Assembly (NCBI RefSeq): GCF_004010195.1
Contig: NC_057720.1
Span: 14,137,947-14,201,946 of the forward strand
DNA: 64,000 nucleotides
DNA from: Chiloscyllium plagiosum
Taxonomy: Eukaryota
Direction: 5' to 3'
Part shown: positions 39,215 to 51,277 of the stretch, one piece after another
Numbering within the stretch: position 1 is the stretch's first letter
Layout of the letters: the number at the start of each line of letters is the position of its first letter
The notes under the pieces: generated by a model
What the model saw: only the letters and a program-made list of their open reading frames with translations
What the model was told of the DNA's origin: nothing
The model's database searches: none
Position numbers and translations under genes: made by a program

Positions 39215-40310
39215 ATGGATATATGAATTAACAGCAGGCCGTTCATCCCCTCCAACCTGCTCCATTATTCAATAAGGTCATGGCTGATCTGTCTATAACG
39301 TCAACTCTGCTCTCAATAACCCTTCATCCCCTCACTTACCAAACATCCTTCTACGTCTGCCTTAAAAATATTCAAAGATTCTGCTTCCACTGCCTTTTGC
39401 GGAAGAGAGTTCCTGAAACCTTCTGTGCGAGAAAATAATTTTCCTCATCGTTGTTTTAAGTGGATAACTCTGTATTTTCAAACAGTGACCCCTTAATCTT
39501 TGATTGTCCCACAACAGGAAACAACCTCTCCAATCCGCCCTGTCATGATCCCTCAGGCTCGTACGCGTCTTAATTAAGTCACCTCTTACTCTTCTAACTC
39601 CAGCAGATAAAGTCCAACCTTTCCTCATAAGGGATTTTGCTCATTCCAGGTATTAGTCTAATGAATTTTCTCTGAACTGTTTAAGCACATTTATATCCTT
39701 CCTTAAATATGGAGGCCAAGACTTAGCCAATACACAGTAGAATCATGGAATTCCTTACAATCTGGAAGTAGGCCATTCAGTCCATCAAGTGCACACCAAC
39801 CCTCTAAAGAGCATTCCACTCAGGCCCACTGCCCTCCCAACCCTGTAATCTTTCATTTCCCATGGCCAATTCACCGAACCTGCACATCTTTGGACTGTTG
39901 GAGGAAACCAGAACACCCAGAGGTCCCCCTGCAGACCTGGGAAGAACATGCAAACTCCACACAGACAGTTGCCTGAGGGTGGAATCGAACCCAAGTTCCT
40001 GGCACTGGAAGGCAGCAGTGCTAAATACTGAGCCACCATGCCACCAAATACTCACAATGTGATCTCATCAGTGCAATGCATACCTGGAGTATAACCTCCC
40101 TACCTCCATGTTCAATTCCTCTCATAATAAATTATACCATTTATTTGCTTTCCTAATTATGTGCTATATCAGCTTATTAACCTTTTGAGATTCTTGCACT
40201 AGAACACCGATATCCCTCTGCATCTCAGAACTATGGAATCTCTCATAATTTAGATAATATGCTTCTACTTGACCACTCAGCTAACCTGGAGATATCTCTC
40301 TGTAGCTTCA
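39215..40310 (-). mobile_element. Old CR1 3' part interrupted by a SINE
   Basis: RRVRGDLIKT...LRGHCLKI; continues after 40045. Confidence 0.7.
39740..40045 (-). mobile_element. HE1-like SINE
   Basis: gcagcagtgctaaatactgagccaccatgcc head and conserved body. Confidence 0.87.
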
Positions 40311-40534
40311 CTATCCTGATTGCGGAGACTAGGTTTCAATTACTATTATAAAGATACAAGTATACAATCATCACCCCCTGCACCTTGCGCCTCCCACCAT
40401 GTGTTTACAAGTTACACTGAGCAGGAAGAATAACTGCCAGGAGCAAAGGAATGCTACTAGTTATGGCACAACGCAATGCACCCAAGAGAATTGAAAACAT
40501 GCATACTGTTTGCAATCAAAATTCTTCAGCTACT

Positions 40535-40842
40535 TGTGGTAAATGTATATACATGATTGTATAATGATTTAACTATGGCGGAATATTTGGGAATGAAATT
40601 GTATAAGGTAATGTCTCTGAAGGAGTTAATGTTCATGTTATATTGAGCTCCGCCCATTTATTTGATGTCATATAGAGTCTGGGGGTGGTAAGAAGCCATA
40701 CTAGTCTTTGTAGGGAGCAGATATGTTCTGTACGGCTCTTAATAACTATGTCTGATTAATGTAACGTAATTGCACTTATTGCTATCATGAAATAAAATAT
40801 CTTGTTAATGAGGAACAGAGCTTCTTCTATAAAGACTCTACA
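40535..40842 (+). mobile_element. Possible solo LTR
   Basis: tgt...aca ends and AATAAA ~50 nt from the end. No TSD. Confidence 0.3.
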
Positions 40843-40959
40843 GTGGGGAATCCTCTACTGCAAATAATAAGATGGGTACTAGACAAAGTCTAGAGGATCG
40901 GTGGCAATGATCTACCTCAAGCAACCCTTAATATGAAGCACATACTAGGAAAGGGGGCA

Positions 40960-42210
40960 GGTACCCCTGCCATTCTCACCCCACATGGATTCCAACTGCC
41001 TCCTTCATGCTTCAAATCCAGCCAGGATTACAGGAGACTGAGAGAAAGCCAGTGCTCCTCAAACAGCAGGTCCCATCATTGAGTGATCCACACTCAATGA
41101 CAAGCATCACCCCATGTACACACCCTCAAATGTATCTTCATCAGCACCATATTTCAAAGTTAGTCTGGTCCCTAAATGCATTTCATTCTTTAATCTCATT
41201 CAATGCTGAAACAAGAAACTTTTTCTCATCCTTTCAAGTATTAAATTTCAGGTTCCAAAAACTCACAAATACCAATGCCACTCAGTAATCTTCCTCCTCT
41301 CCCCTTCCTTTTGACTCCATTCCTTCTTTGAATGCCACCCTCTTATTGTGTATTCACTAAACCCTATGATCTTCCCCTCTCTGATGATGAATGATCTGTG
41401 CTCAGCAAAGGACGTAGATTTATCTCTACACCCCTATCCGAATAATTTTCAGGTCCAGTATGATGTTGAATTCTTTTTTAGTCACATTTCACCTCCCCCC
41501 CCACCGTACTCACCTTTTTGGACAGGAGTCTCTCCCTATGACACATGCCTTTTCATACGTCTCTAATACTCTCGCTCCACTGAGACACCTCTCTCTGGCC
41601 TCATACCTGTACGTGATCTCTTCATCAAGAATGTCGTTGTGACCTCAGACACCTGATTTCTCTGCAGGTCTAGTGGAGAGAAATCAGAATTAATATTTCA
41701 GATCATGTGACGCTTCCTCAGAACTGATGGTAGCTGGGAGAGATCCATTTCTTTGCCTGTTCTCCTCACCCACTCTAACCTGCGTTCCCCAGAACTTGCT
41801 GCACTCTGTTCTCTCAGATCTACTCCTGCCTTTTATTTTAACCAAATTCTCTGATAGGAGCAATGCTTTCATTATCTGTCATGTTGACCTCTACCTTGCA
41901 GAGACTGAGTGCCAACTCTCAGTCACTTCCTCTTATCTCCCCTGGACTATGACCCTACCACTGGACACCCAGCTATAGCTTCCAGGTCTGTCACTGACCT
42001 CCCCTCCCCTCTGCTGTTTCCCACCTCATATTCCCTCAAATCCCACACAGCCTCCTTCTCAAAATCCATAAACAGGACTGCCCTGGCAGACCCATCACTT
42101 TAGCCTACTCCAGCCTACCTGAACTTATATTTTCCTTACCTTAGCTCTATTTTTTCCCTCCCCTCGTCCAGTCTCTTCCCACTTACATTCATGATTCTTC
42201 AGACGTCTTA
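40960..42210 (+). pseudogene. Degraded PLE ORF (N-terminal/RT region)
   Basis: Frameshifted motifs SVLSKG..F, DLYLAETECQLSVTSSY, KIHKQDCPGRPI, LVQSLPTYIHDS typical of PLE RT. Confidence 0.75.
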
Positions 42211-42233
42211 CAGCCTGCTTCTGTGCTGTGTCT

Positions 42234-42432
42234 AAATCACAGAATCCCTGAAGTGCAGAAGGATCCCATTCAGCCCGCACCGACTATCCAAAAAGCATGC
42301 CCCCATATCCCATAATCCCACATTTCCCATGGCCAATTCACCAAGCCTGTACATCGTTGGGCAGGGGCTGGAATTGAACTTGCGTCCCTGGCCCTGTGAG
42401 GCAGCATTGCTGACCACTGAGCCGTTGTGCCG
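42234..42432 (-). mobile_element. Internally deleted HE1-like SINE
   Basis: Head (gtgaggcagcattgctgaccactgagcc) joined to the tail, centre missing. Confidence 0.75.
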
Positions 42433-43190
42433 TACAGGCTAATTTGTCACAATATCACGCCAGCTGCACTGCACAAAGCACATGCTGTTTATTGAGAATA
42501 GTTGGTATTTTCCTGGGAGGTAGCCTTTGTTTCTGAGTGCAGTTCGGGATGTAAAACAAGGGCTGCATGTACTGTATTTTTAACAGGAGTCACCTGCTGC
42601 TGAAGCATCTGTTTGAGCAATTGTGATGTGATTGCAAGTGAATAATAGGGAAGACTAAAGAACGGACCATCAATTCTGAAGCTACACTGGTGCTTTGAAA
42701 ACCCTCGCCTTAATCAATCACATCTTCACAAAATGCAGCGACTAAAAATGCATCGTATCAATTAGGAGAGTACTCAGCAATGAAACTTTTGATTACTTTG
42801 TCAGCTACATGGATTGCAAAAATACTTGCAGTACAATGAGAACACATCAATTGATATCACAAATGAAAAAACTCACCTCCCAACTTCCCAAAGCCAGACC
42901 ACCATCTACAAGGTACAAATCAGGAGAGTGATGGAATACTCCCCACTTACCCAAATGACTGCAGCTCCAACAAGAACAGCACTCAACGCCACTGTTTGAT
43001 TGGCACCATGCACATAAATATTCACTCCCTCCACACCAACATTCAGGGGCAGCCTGTGTATATCTCACAAGATGCATTACAGTAATTCACCAACACCTCC
43101 TCCAAACCCATGACCATTACCACCTAGAAGAACAAGGCATAACCTGCAGGTTCCCATCCAAGCCTCTCACTATCCTAACTTGGAAGTATA

Positions 43191-43418
43191 ATTCTGGATT
43201 AGTGGTGCTGGAAGAGCACAGCAGTTCAGGCAGCATCCAAGGAGCAGTGAAATCGACGTTTCGGGCAAAAGCCCTTCATCAGGAATATTCCTGATGAAGG
43301 GCTTTTGCCCGAAACGTCGATTTTGCCGCTCCATGGATGCTGCCTGAACTGCTGTGCTCTTCCAGCACCACTCTAATCCAGAATCTGGTTTCCTGCATCT
43401 GCAGTCATTGCTTTTACC
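43191..43418 (+). mobile_element. Fold-back PLE element, family A, HHR cores on both strands
   Basis: ~95-bp arms centred on gaatattc, 34-nt tail, TSD cttggaagtataat at 43179-43192 and 43418-43431. Confidence 0.95.
43251..43322. ncRNA. Back-to-back minimal hammerhead motifs (- at 43251-43286, + at 43287-43322)
   Basis: CUGAUGA-AGGGC-UUUU-GCCC-GAAAC-GUC is read identically on both strands. Confidence 0.7.
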
Positions 43419-43544
43419 TTGGAAGTATAATGCCAATCCTTCAGTGTTGTTGGGTCAAAGTCCTTCATCTCCCTTTGTGACAGCATTCAAATAGCCTCCA
43501 GCAATTCAACAAAGCAGCTCACCATCAACTTCTCAAGGGCAAGC

Positions 43545-44030
43545 TGGAGAGGGTTCAGATAAGATTTGTTAGAATCTTGTCAGGAATGGAAGGTTTGCAT
43601 TATAAGGAGAGGCTGGATAGGCCAGGACTTTATTCACTGGAGCGCAGGAGGTTGACGGATGTCCTTATAGACATCTATAAAAATCCTGAGGGGTATAGAT
43701 AAGGTGAATGGCAGATATCCTTTATCTGGGGTGAGGGATTTCAAGAGCAAGAGGCCTTTTTTATGGTGAGAGGAGAAAGATTTAAAAAAGATACGGGGGC
43801 AATTTATTGTACACAGAGAGTGGTTCATTTGTGGAATGAACTTCCAGAGGAAGTAGTGCATGCAGGTACAGTTACAATGTTTAAAATTAATTGAGATAAG
43901 ATAATGAATAAGAAATGTTTGGAGGGCTATGGGTCAAGTGCAGGCAAGTGGGGCTAGTTTTCTTTGGGATCATGGTCATATGGACTGGTTGGATCGATGG
44001 GTCTACTTCTCTGCTGTATAACTCTACAAT
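43545..44030 (+). mobile_element. CR1 3' fragment
   Basis: ctggagagggttcag...cacagagagtggttc..tggaatgaacttccagagg. Confidence 0.85.
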
Positions 44031-44426
44031 TCTACGCCATCTAGGGACAGGCAATAAATACTGGATCATGCAGCGATGCCCACATCCCATGAATGAATGA
44101 AAGAAAAACAAAAAGCACTTCACATTACAAATTTTAAACTGTTCAGCTTGATGGAGTTGGAGGAGGAGGTTGATAAGATCATGCTTGTGTTAAATCCAAA
44201 GCCCATGCAGTCATTGTCTCAAAAGTTAGAGGAAGGGAAATATATCTCACATTGGAATGTATTACAGGATGCTATGCTGTCAGTATGTAGACACTGCCTA
44301 GTAATGCTGAGGACATGAAGGGTCAACCATGAAGTGAGGACTACTTACTCAGATGGGCCAAGTTCCTTTACCTATTGTGTTTTTATAGTTTAATTCTCTT
44401 GAAAATAAGCAACAAATTATCATAGT

Positions 44427-44749
44427 GGGTGGCACGGTGGCACAGTGGTTAGCACTGCTGCCTCACAGCACCTGAGATCCGGGTTCAATTCCCGCCTCAG
44501 GCGACTGACTAGGTGGAGTTTGCACGTTCTCCCCATGTCTGCGTGGGTTTCCTCCGGGTGCTCCGGTTTCCTCCCACAGTCCAAAAATGTGCAGGTTAGG
44601 TGAATTGGCCATGCTAAAATTGCCAATAGTGTTAGGTAAAGGGGTAAATGTAGGGGAATGGGTGGGTTGCGCTTCAGCGGGTCGGTGTGGACTTGTTGGG
44701 CCGAAGGGCCTGTTTCCACACTGTAATGTAATCTATGTAATCTAATCTA
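44427..44749 (+). mobile_element. HE1-like SINE (young)
   Basis: Intact A/B boxes and (taatc)n tail. Confidence 0.95.
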
Positions 44750-45092
44750 GTCATACAGAGACCCAGGCAACAGCTTCAGAGACATGGGTTTGAAGTCACC
44801 ACGGCTGATGATGAAATTTGAATTCACTAAAATCTGGAATGAAGAGCTGGTCTAATGCAGCTCATTAAATCCTTGCTGATTGATGTAAAAAGCCATCTGG
44901 TTCACTGTCGTTTAATGAATGTAGATCTGCCATTCTTACCTCGCCTAACCCACAAAAGACTCCAGATGAAAGAATTGCAATGTAGTTGAATCTGAAATGG
45001 TCTGGGTAGTCACCCACTTGTATTCAATCACTGCAAAGTCTGATTTAAAAAAAATGAGACTGGACAGACTATCCAGCATCAACCTAGATACG

Positions 45093-45234
45093 ATGGGTAT
45101 ATGAATAGGAAGGGTTTGGAGGGATGTGGGCCGGGTGCTGGCTGGTGGGACTAGATTGGGTTGGGATATCTGGTCGGCATGGACGGGTTGGACCGAAGGA
45201 TCTGTTTCCATGCTGTACATCTCTATGACTCTAT
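45093..45234 (+). mobile_element. Short CR1 3' end
   Basis: Matches the 3' UTR of 28739-29691. Confidence 0.88.
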
Positions 45235-45940
45235 AACAGCAGACACAGACCAGTCAACCCTGCAAAGTCCTCCTTACAAAATCACGGGGCTTTTGCCAAA
45301 ATTGGGAGAGCTGTCTCTGAGAATAGACAAGAAACATCCTGGCATTTCTCATGTACTTATACCTTACAGCTAATGTCCCTGACACCACATTTATCATCCC
45401 TGATTAAATCCTGTCTTACCGGCTGGGTAGACCAATCAAATTTGGAACATAATGGTATACAGTCAGGAGGGAGTTGCTCTTAGAGTCCTTCCCATTGACT
45501 CTAGATCCCATGAAGACTAATGACACCAGGTAAGATGTGGGGAGAGCAACGATCTGCTGATCAAATATATTTACCCCGTCCCCACTCCCTCACCACTCAG
45601 TTGATGAATCGGTACTCCTCCATGTTGAGGAACACTTGGAGGAAGCACTGAGGGTGGCAAGGACGCAGAATGTACTCTAGGTGGGGGAGTTCAATGTCTT
45701 ATACCAAGAGTGGCTTGGCAGCAACACTCATGCTGGTGTGTTCTAAAGGACATAGCTGTTAGACTGGGTCTGCAGCAGGTTGTGATGGAACCAACAAGAG
45801 GGAAAAACATACTTGACCTCATCCTTACCAACATACCAGTTGCAGATGCCTCTGTCCACAACAGAATCGGTAAGAGTGACCACCGCACAGGCCTTGTGGA
45901 GATGTGGACTCCTTCTTCACATCAAGGAATACCCTGCAAC

Positions 45941-46366
45941 TGTTATGGTTGAGAGTACCTTTTAGGAATGACCAGGAGATGCAGAAAATTCCTCAAGATG
46001 ATAAGCCTTTATTTGCAAACAAAAGCTGTGGGCATCAGAGCAGTCAGCCCTGAAAGCCCGTGAACAGCGAGAGTACTCTAATGTTTATGTTGGTCTAAAA
46101 GCCACGCCCTATCCCTGTTACATTAGCCTAATCAATCGCACTGAAACTACATTATATCCCCTTAACCAATCAGACTCTGCCACAATTGTCTTCTGGATTG
46201 CTGCAGACCATCATTGTTGTGTCGTGGTCATCTTTCTTCATCTTTTGTCACCTGACAGCCACAGACACGCAAAGCTGACTCAAGCACAGAACCCAGACCT
46301 TACACTTATACGTCATCCCAACATGTATTACTTTGTAGTTATATATTCATATTTATCCATACAACA
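45941..46366 (-). mobile_element. Probable solo LTR inserted in the LINE
   Basis: tgttatgg...ccatacaaca ends, caac at both junctions, AATAAA on -. The LINE reading resumes after it. Confidence 0.5.
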
Positions 46367-46712
46367 TGTTGCGATGCACTATCACTGTGCTAAATAGGAT
46401 GGATTTCGAACAAGACCTAGAATCCATGAGGCACTGTGGGCTGTCAACAACAGCAAAAATATTGTACACAATCTGTAACCTCATGGCCTGTTATATCCTC
46501 CATTCTATCATTACCATCAAGCTAGGAGATGAATCCTGGTTCAATCGGGAATGCAGAGGGCAAGAAGGAACTGCTGTGCATACCTAAAGATGAGGTGCCA
46601 GCCTAGTGAAGCTATAAAACAGGACTACTTGTGTGCAAAATAGTGCAGCAGGTTCTGTGTTTCTTCAATGTCATCGAAGAATTTAGACCATTATTTGTAG
46701 AATGTGAACATT

Positions 46713-47039
46713 CAGATTAGATTAGATTAGATTAGATTACTTACAGTGTGGAAACAGGCCTTTCGGCCCAACAAGTCCACACCGCCCCGCCGAAGCGCAA
46801 CCCACCCATACCCCCTACATTTGCCCTTTACCTAACACTACGGGCAATTTAGCGCGGCCAATTCACCTGACCTGCACATCTTTGGACTGTGGGAGGAAAC
46901 CGGAGTACCTGGAGGAAACCCACGCAGACACGGGGAGAACGTGCAAACTCCACACAGTCAGTCACCTGAGGCGGGAATTGAACCCAGGTCTCTGGAGCTG
47001 TGAGGCAGCAGTGCTAACCACTGTGCCACCGTGCCGCCC
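46713..47039 (-). mobile_element. HE1-like SINE (young), inside a Tigger-type MITE (~46645-47175)
   Basis: (attag)n tail and complete head ...gtgccaccgtgccgccc; MITE end cagaactgactg at ~47170. Confidence 0.93.
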
Positions 47040-48193
47040 ATAATTCCTTACTTGTATTGGCTGTAATGTGATTCTGGCCCCATTGATTTAGATGGCGCGG
47101 CTATTGTGCCATTTACTTATAACGCAAGATCGCACGAGAATGGAATTATTGCTTTACATCAGAACTGACTGCATAAGCAATATTAAAAGACAAAGTTAAG
47201 CTATCACACAGCCAAGATCTAAGCTGTGCAGTCCTGCCTCATCCAGTCATGAATCGTGGTTGGCAATTAAACAACTCACTGGAAGAGTATCATTGACAAT
47301 ATTTCCATCTTCAATAACGGGGAGCCCAGTACACCAGTGCACAAATAAAATTGACACATTTGTAAGCATCTTCAGCCAAAGGTACCAGTGAATGATCCAC
47401 CTGGAACTCCTCTTGAGCACCCCATCATCACAATTGCCAGTTGTGTTTCAGAACTTCTCATGCTTCTATCCAAGCTATTCCAGTACATTTACAATATCAG
47501 CATCAAGCGAGCAAGTTTGTCCTGTCCAGGGAAAAGATGCTCAAATCCAACCCAACCAATTACAAATCAATGGAAGGGTGTAACAGGGTAAATGAATGGA
47601 TTGCCCTTGACATAAACAACTGGTGACGATGGGAAATGGGTGGAAAACATTCTGCTGGTTGAGTCATAACTTGTAATAAGGATAATGCTTGTGATTATTG
47701 AAGGCCACTTATCGTCAGCACCAGGACATCTCCACAGGAGTTCCTCAGGAGAGTGTGAAAGGGCAGTCCATATTTAATGGCTTCAGCAATGACGATAAGC
47801 CCAGAAGTAGGGATGTTCACCAACAATTACATAACCTTTTTAACAATTTGCAACTCGTCAGATATTGAAGTCATATGGGTGTGAATGCTGCAAGACCTGA
47901 GCAATATCTGGACTTGGGCTGATAAGTGGCAAGTAGGGCTCATGCCATGCAACTACCAGGCAATATCCATCTCCAATAAGAGAGATGTTAACCATTGTCC
48001 TTTCACATTCAATGGCATTACCATCACTCAACCCCACACTATCAACATGAAACATACCATTGACCTGAACTGTATCAGCCAGATAAGCACTGTGGCAACA
48101 AAAGCAGATGAGAAGCTGGGAATTCTGCAGCAAGTATCTCACCTTACGCCTCCTCCAAGCCTGTCCAACATCTAGAAAAGGCATAGACAGGAG

Positions 48194-48400
48194 TGATTTG
48201 GAGGAGCCGGTGTTGGACTGGGGTGGACAAAGTTAAAAAGCACACAACATCAGGTTATTGTCCAGCAGGTTTATTTGGAAGCACTAGCTTTCGAAGTGCT
48301 GCTTCTTCATCAGGAACCACCTGATGAAGAAGCAACATTTCAAAAGCTAGTGCTTCCAAACACACTTGCTGGACTATAACCTGGTGTTATGATTTTTAAC
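48194..48400 (-). mobile_element. Fold-back PLE element, family B, two HHR-like cores
   Basis: Left tail, arms around caggaaccacctg, flanking caggagtg repeat. Confidence 0.88.
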
Positions 48401-49921
48401 CTGGTCAGGAGTGTGATGGAATACTCCCCACTGGACTAGATGAGTGCAGCTTCAGCAACACTCGAAGTTCAATACTATGCAGGACAAGATATACCATCTA
48501 ACACCTTTAACATCCCTGCCTTACACCACCAGCACTTGCGGGCAGCATTGTGTACCATCTACAAGGTACGCTTCAGCAATTCACTAAGACTTCTTAAACA
48601 ATACCTTCCAAACCCATTATCTCTACCACCTAAAGATAAGGACAACAGATACAGGGGAACACTGCCATTTACAACTTCCCTTCCATCCACTCATCAACCT
48701 GATTGAATTATCTCACTATTCCTGCAGTGTTGCTAGATCAAAATGCTGAAACTCCCTCCTTCAGTGCAGCTTGCACATACCTACAGCACTTGGACTTTGG
48801 CTGTTCCAGAAAGCATCTCCCCACCACCTTCCTGAGGGGAAATAGAGATGAGCAATAAATCCTGGCACAGCCAGCAATGCCCACATTCCATGAATAAGTT
48901 AGGAAAATGGTCACCTTTGTCATTGATTAGTCCCAAATAAAAATGATGCTGATGCATTCAAAATGCAGTTTGGGCCAAGCAAGAAAAACTTTCAATCATA
49001 GAGGACAAAAAGTCAAACAGACAAATGGCTCAAAAGCTCTGCAACGTTGCCAACTGAGGAATCACAGTCATAAAACCTAACCATGTTTTGTTCTTGCCTT
49101 CTTTCAGTTATTACAGTATCTTCTCAGACATGCTGTCAAATACAAATATCTAATCCTTGGACCTCATAGCCTTCACTTCAACCTTTGTTTCAGCCATTTC
49201 TCAATTTCCTCACATGTGCAAGCTCAGAGTGCCTCTGTATGTATGGGACACCATGATCACTTATTGTTTAAGGGTGATTCAGCCTGCCATTCTCCCACTT
49301 CTCACAATGGTGACTCTCTTCCAACTTCCCTTAATCTGCTCCTGAGCAACAGGCTCTATGGGCAGAACTCATATTGAACTCATTCAGAAACATATTCTTG
49401 CAAACCCCAAGCCAAGTTATAAAGTGAAACTTGTGGTCATGTGGGGTAGTTGAGGTGCATTGCACAGATGCATTTCAGGCAGAAAGGGGAACTTTGTAAC
49501 CACATGATGAAGGAAGGAGCAGGAAGCTATCAGGTCACAAGGGTACATAGTTCAATATGGTCATTGCTGAGCCTGGGATTCCCTTTCCCACCCACAGCAC
49601 ATATCCCATGATTCAGTAAGAGACCAAAACTCTGTCAAACCTAGCCTTAAATATATTCAACAATGCAACATCCACAAACACCTACGGTAGATTTAATGTA
49701 GATGAGGAGGAATTTCTTCTCTCTGAAGAGAGTGAATCTGTAGAATTCCTTACTACAAAGGCATGGAACATTAAGTAAATTAATGTACAACTCACAACAT
49801 TTGAAGCAATTTCTCTTTATTTTCCATCCCAAATACTCAGGCACTTATTCTGAGGCTGAGTCCTATGTTTTAGGCTCATTGACCAATGGAAGCAAACTAT
49901 AATGCTGCTGTAATGAAAGGA

Positions 49922-50112
49922 TGATTTGGAGATACCGGTGTTGGACTGGGGTGTACAAAGTTAAAAATCACACAACACCAGGTTATAGTCCAACAGGTTT
50001 AATTGGAAGCACACTAGCTTTCGGAGCGACACTCCTTCATCCTATCACCTAGTGAGTGTGCTTCCAATTAAACCTGTTGGACTATAAGCTGGTGTTGTGT
50101 GATTTTTAACTT
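49922..50112 (-). mobile_element. Fold-back PLE element, family B, 13-bp TSD
   Basis: TSD tgtaatgaaagga at 49909-49921 and 50113-50125. Confidence 0.92.
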
Positions 50113-50294
50113 TGTAATGAAAGGAAGTTCACATGCAACATGGGCCAGAATCCACTAAATGGCCTGTTTCTGAGATGTATATTCAACGTAAAGTCACGTA
50201 GCTCTTTTCTGACAAGCTAGCAGATTGAATCTAACGGAAGCTCCATCAAAGCTGGTTCCACAAGACAGTTAACTCTAAATTCTGAGATGTCAAC

Positions 50295-51277
50295 ATAGAG
50301 CCATAGAATCATAGAGATATATAGCATGGAAACAGACCCTTCGGCACAACATGCCAACCAGATATCCCAACCCAATCTAGTCCCACCTGCCAGCACCCGG
50401 CCCATATCCCTCCAAACCCTTCCTATTCATATTCTGGATTAGAGTGGTGCTGGAAAAGTACAGCAGTTCAGGCAGCATCCGAGGAGCAGGAAAATCGACG
50501 TTTCGGGCAAAAGCCCTTCATCAGGAATACTGATGAAGGGCTTTTGCCCGAAATGTCAATTTTCCTGCTCCTCGGATGCTGCCTGAACTGCTATGCTTTT
50601 CCAGCACCACTCTAATCCAGAATCTGGTTTCCAGCATCTGCAGTCATTGTTTTTACCTTCCTATTCATATACCCACCCAGACGCCTTTTAAATGTTGCAA
50701 TTGTACTAGCCTCCACCTCTTCCTCTGGCAGTTCATTCCATATACATACCATCCTCTACGTGAAACATTGACCCTTAGATCTCTTTTATATCTTTCCCCT
50801 CTCACCCTTAACCTATGCCCTCCAGTTCAGGACTCCCCCACCCCAGAGAAAAGACTTTGTCTATTTACCCTATCCATGCCCCTCATGTTTTTGGAAACCT
50901 CTATAAGGTCATCCCTCTGCTTCTGACACTCCAGGGAAAACAGCCCCAGCCTGTTCAGCCTCTCCCCATAGCTCAAATCCTCCAACCCTGGCAATATCCT
51001 TGTAAATCTTTTCTGAACCCTTTCATGTTTCACAACATCTTTCCAATTGGAAGGAGACCAGAATTGCACGCAATATTCCCAAAGTGGCCTAACCAATGTC
51101 CTGTACAGCCACAACATGACCTCCCAATTCCTGTACTCAATACTCTGACCAATAAAGGAAAGCACACCAAACGCCTTCTTCACTATCCTATCTATCGGCG
51201 ACTCCACTTTCAAGGAGCAAGAATCTGCACTCCAAGGTTCCTTTGGTCAGCAACACTCCCAAGGACCTTACCATTAA
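50295..51277 (-). mobile_element. CR1 3' part with nested PLE hairpin
   Basis: KKAFGVLSFIGQSIEYRNWEVML..RPLWEYCVQFWSP. Confidence 0.93.
50431..50657 (+). mobile_element. Fold-back PLE element, family A, 15-bp TSD
   Basis: TSD ccttcctattcatat at 50418-50432 and 50656-50670, 34-nt tail, HHR cores on both strands. Confidence 0.95.

Larger units (their letters stand above)
42880..44105 (+). mobile_element. 3' part of the 44752-type LINE with nested PLE hairpin and CR1
   Basis: TIYKVQIRRVMEYSPLTQMTAAPT; tail gcaataaatactgg...cccacatcccatgaatgaatg at ~44050-44100. Confidence 0.75.
44752..48898 (+). mobile_element. Near full-length degraded LINE (APE+RT, CR1/L2 group), no ORF1, SINE-like 5' end
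   Basis: APE: PKLGELS, EPTRGKNILDLILTN..GKSDHR. RT: GVPQ, LQDLSNIWTWADKWQV, RSVMEYSPL. 3' tail at ~48840-48898. Several nested insertions. Confidence 0.8.
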
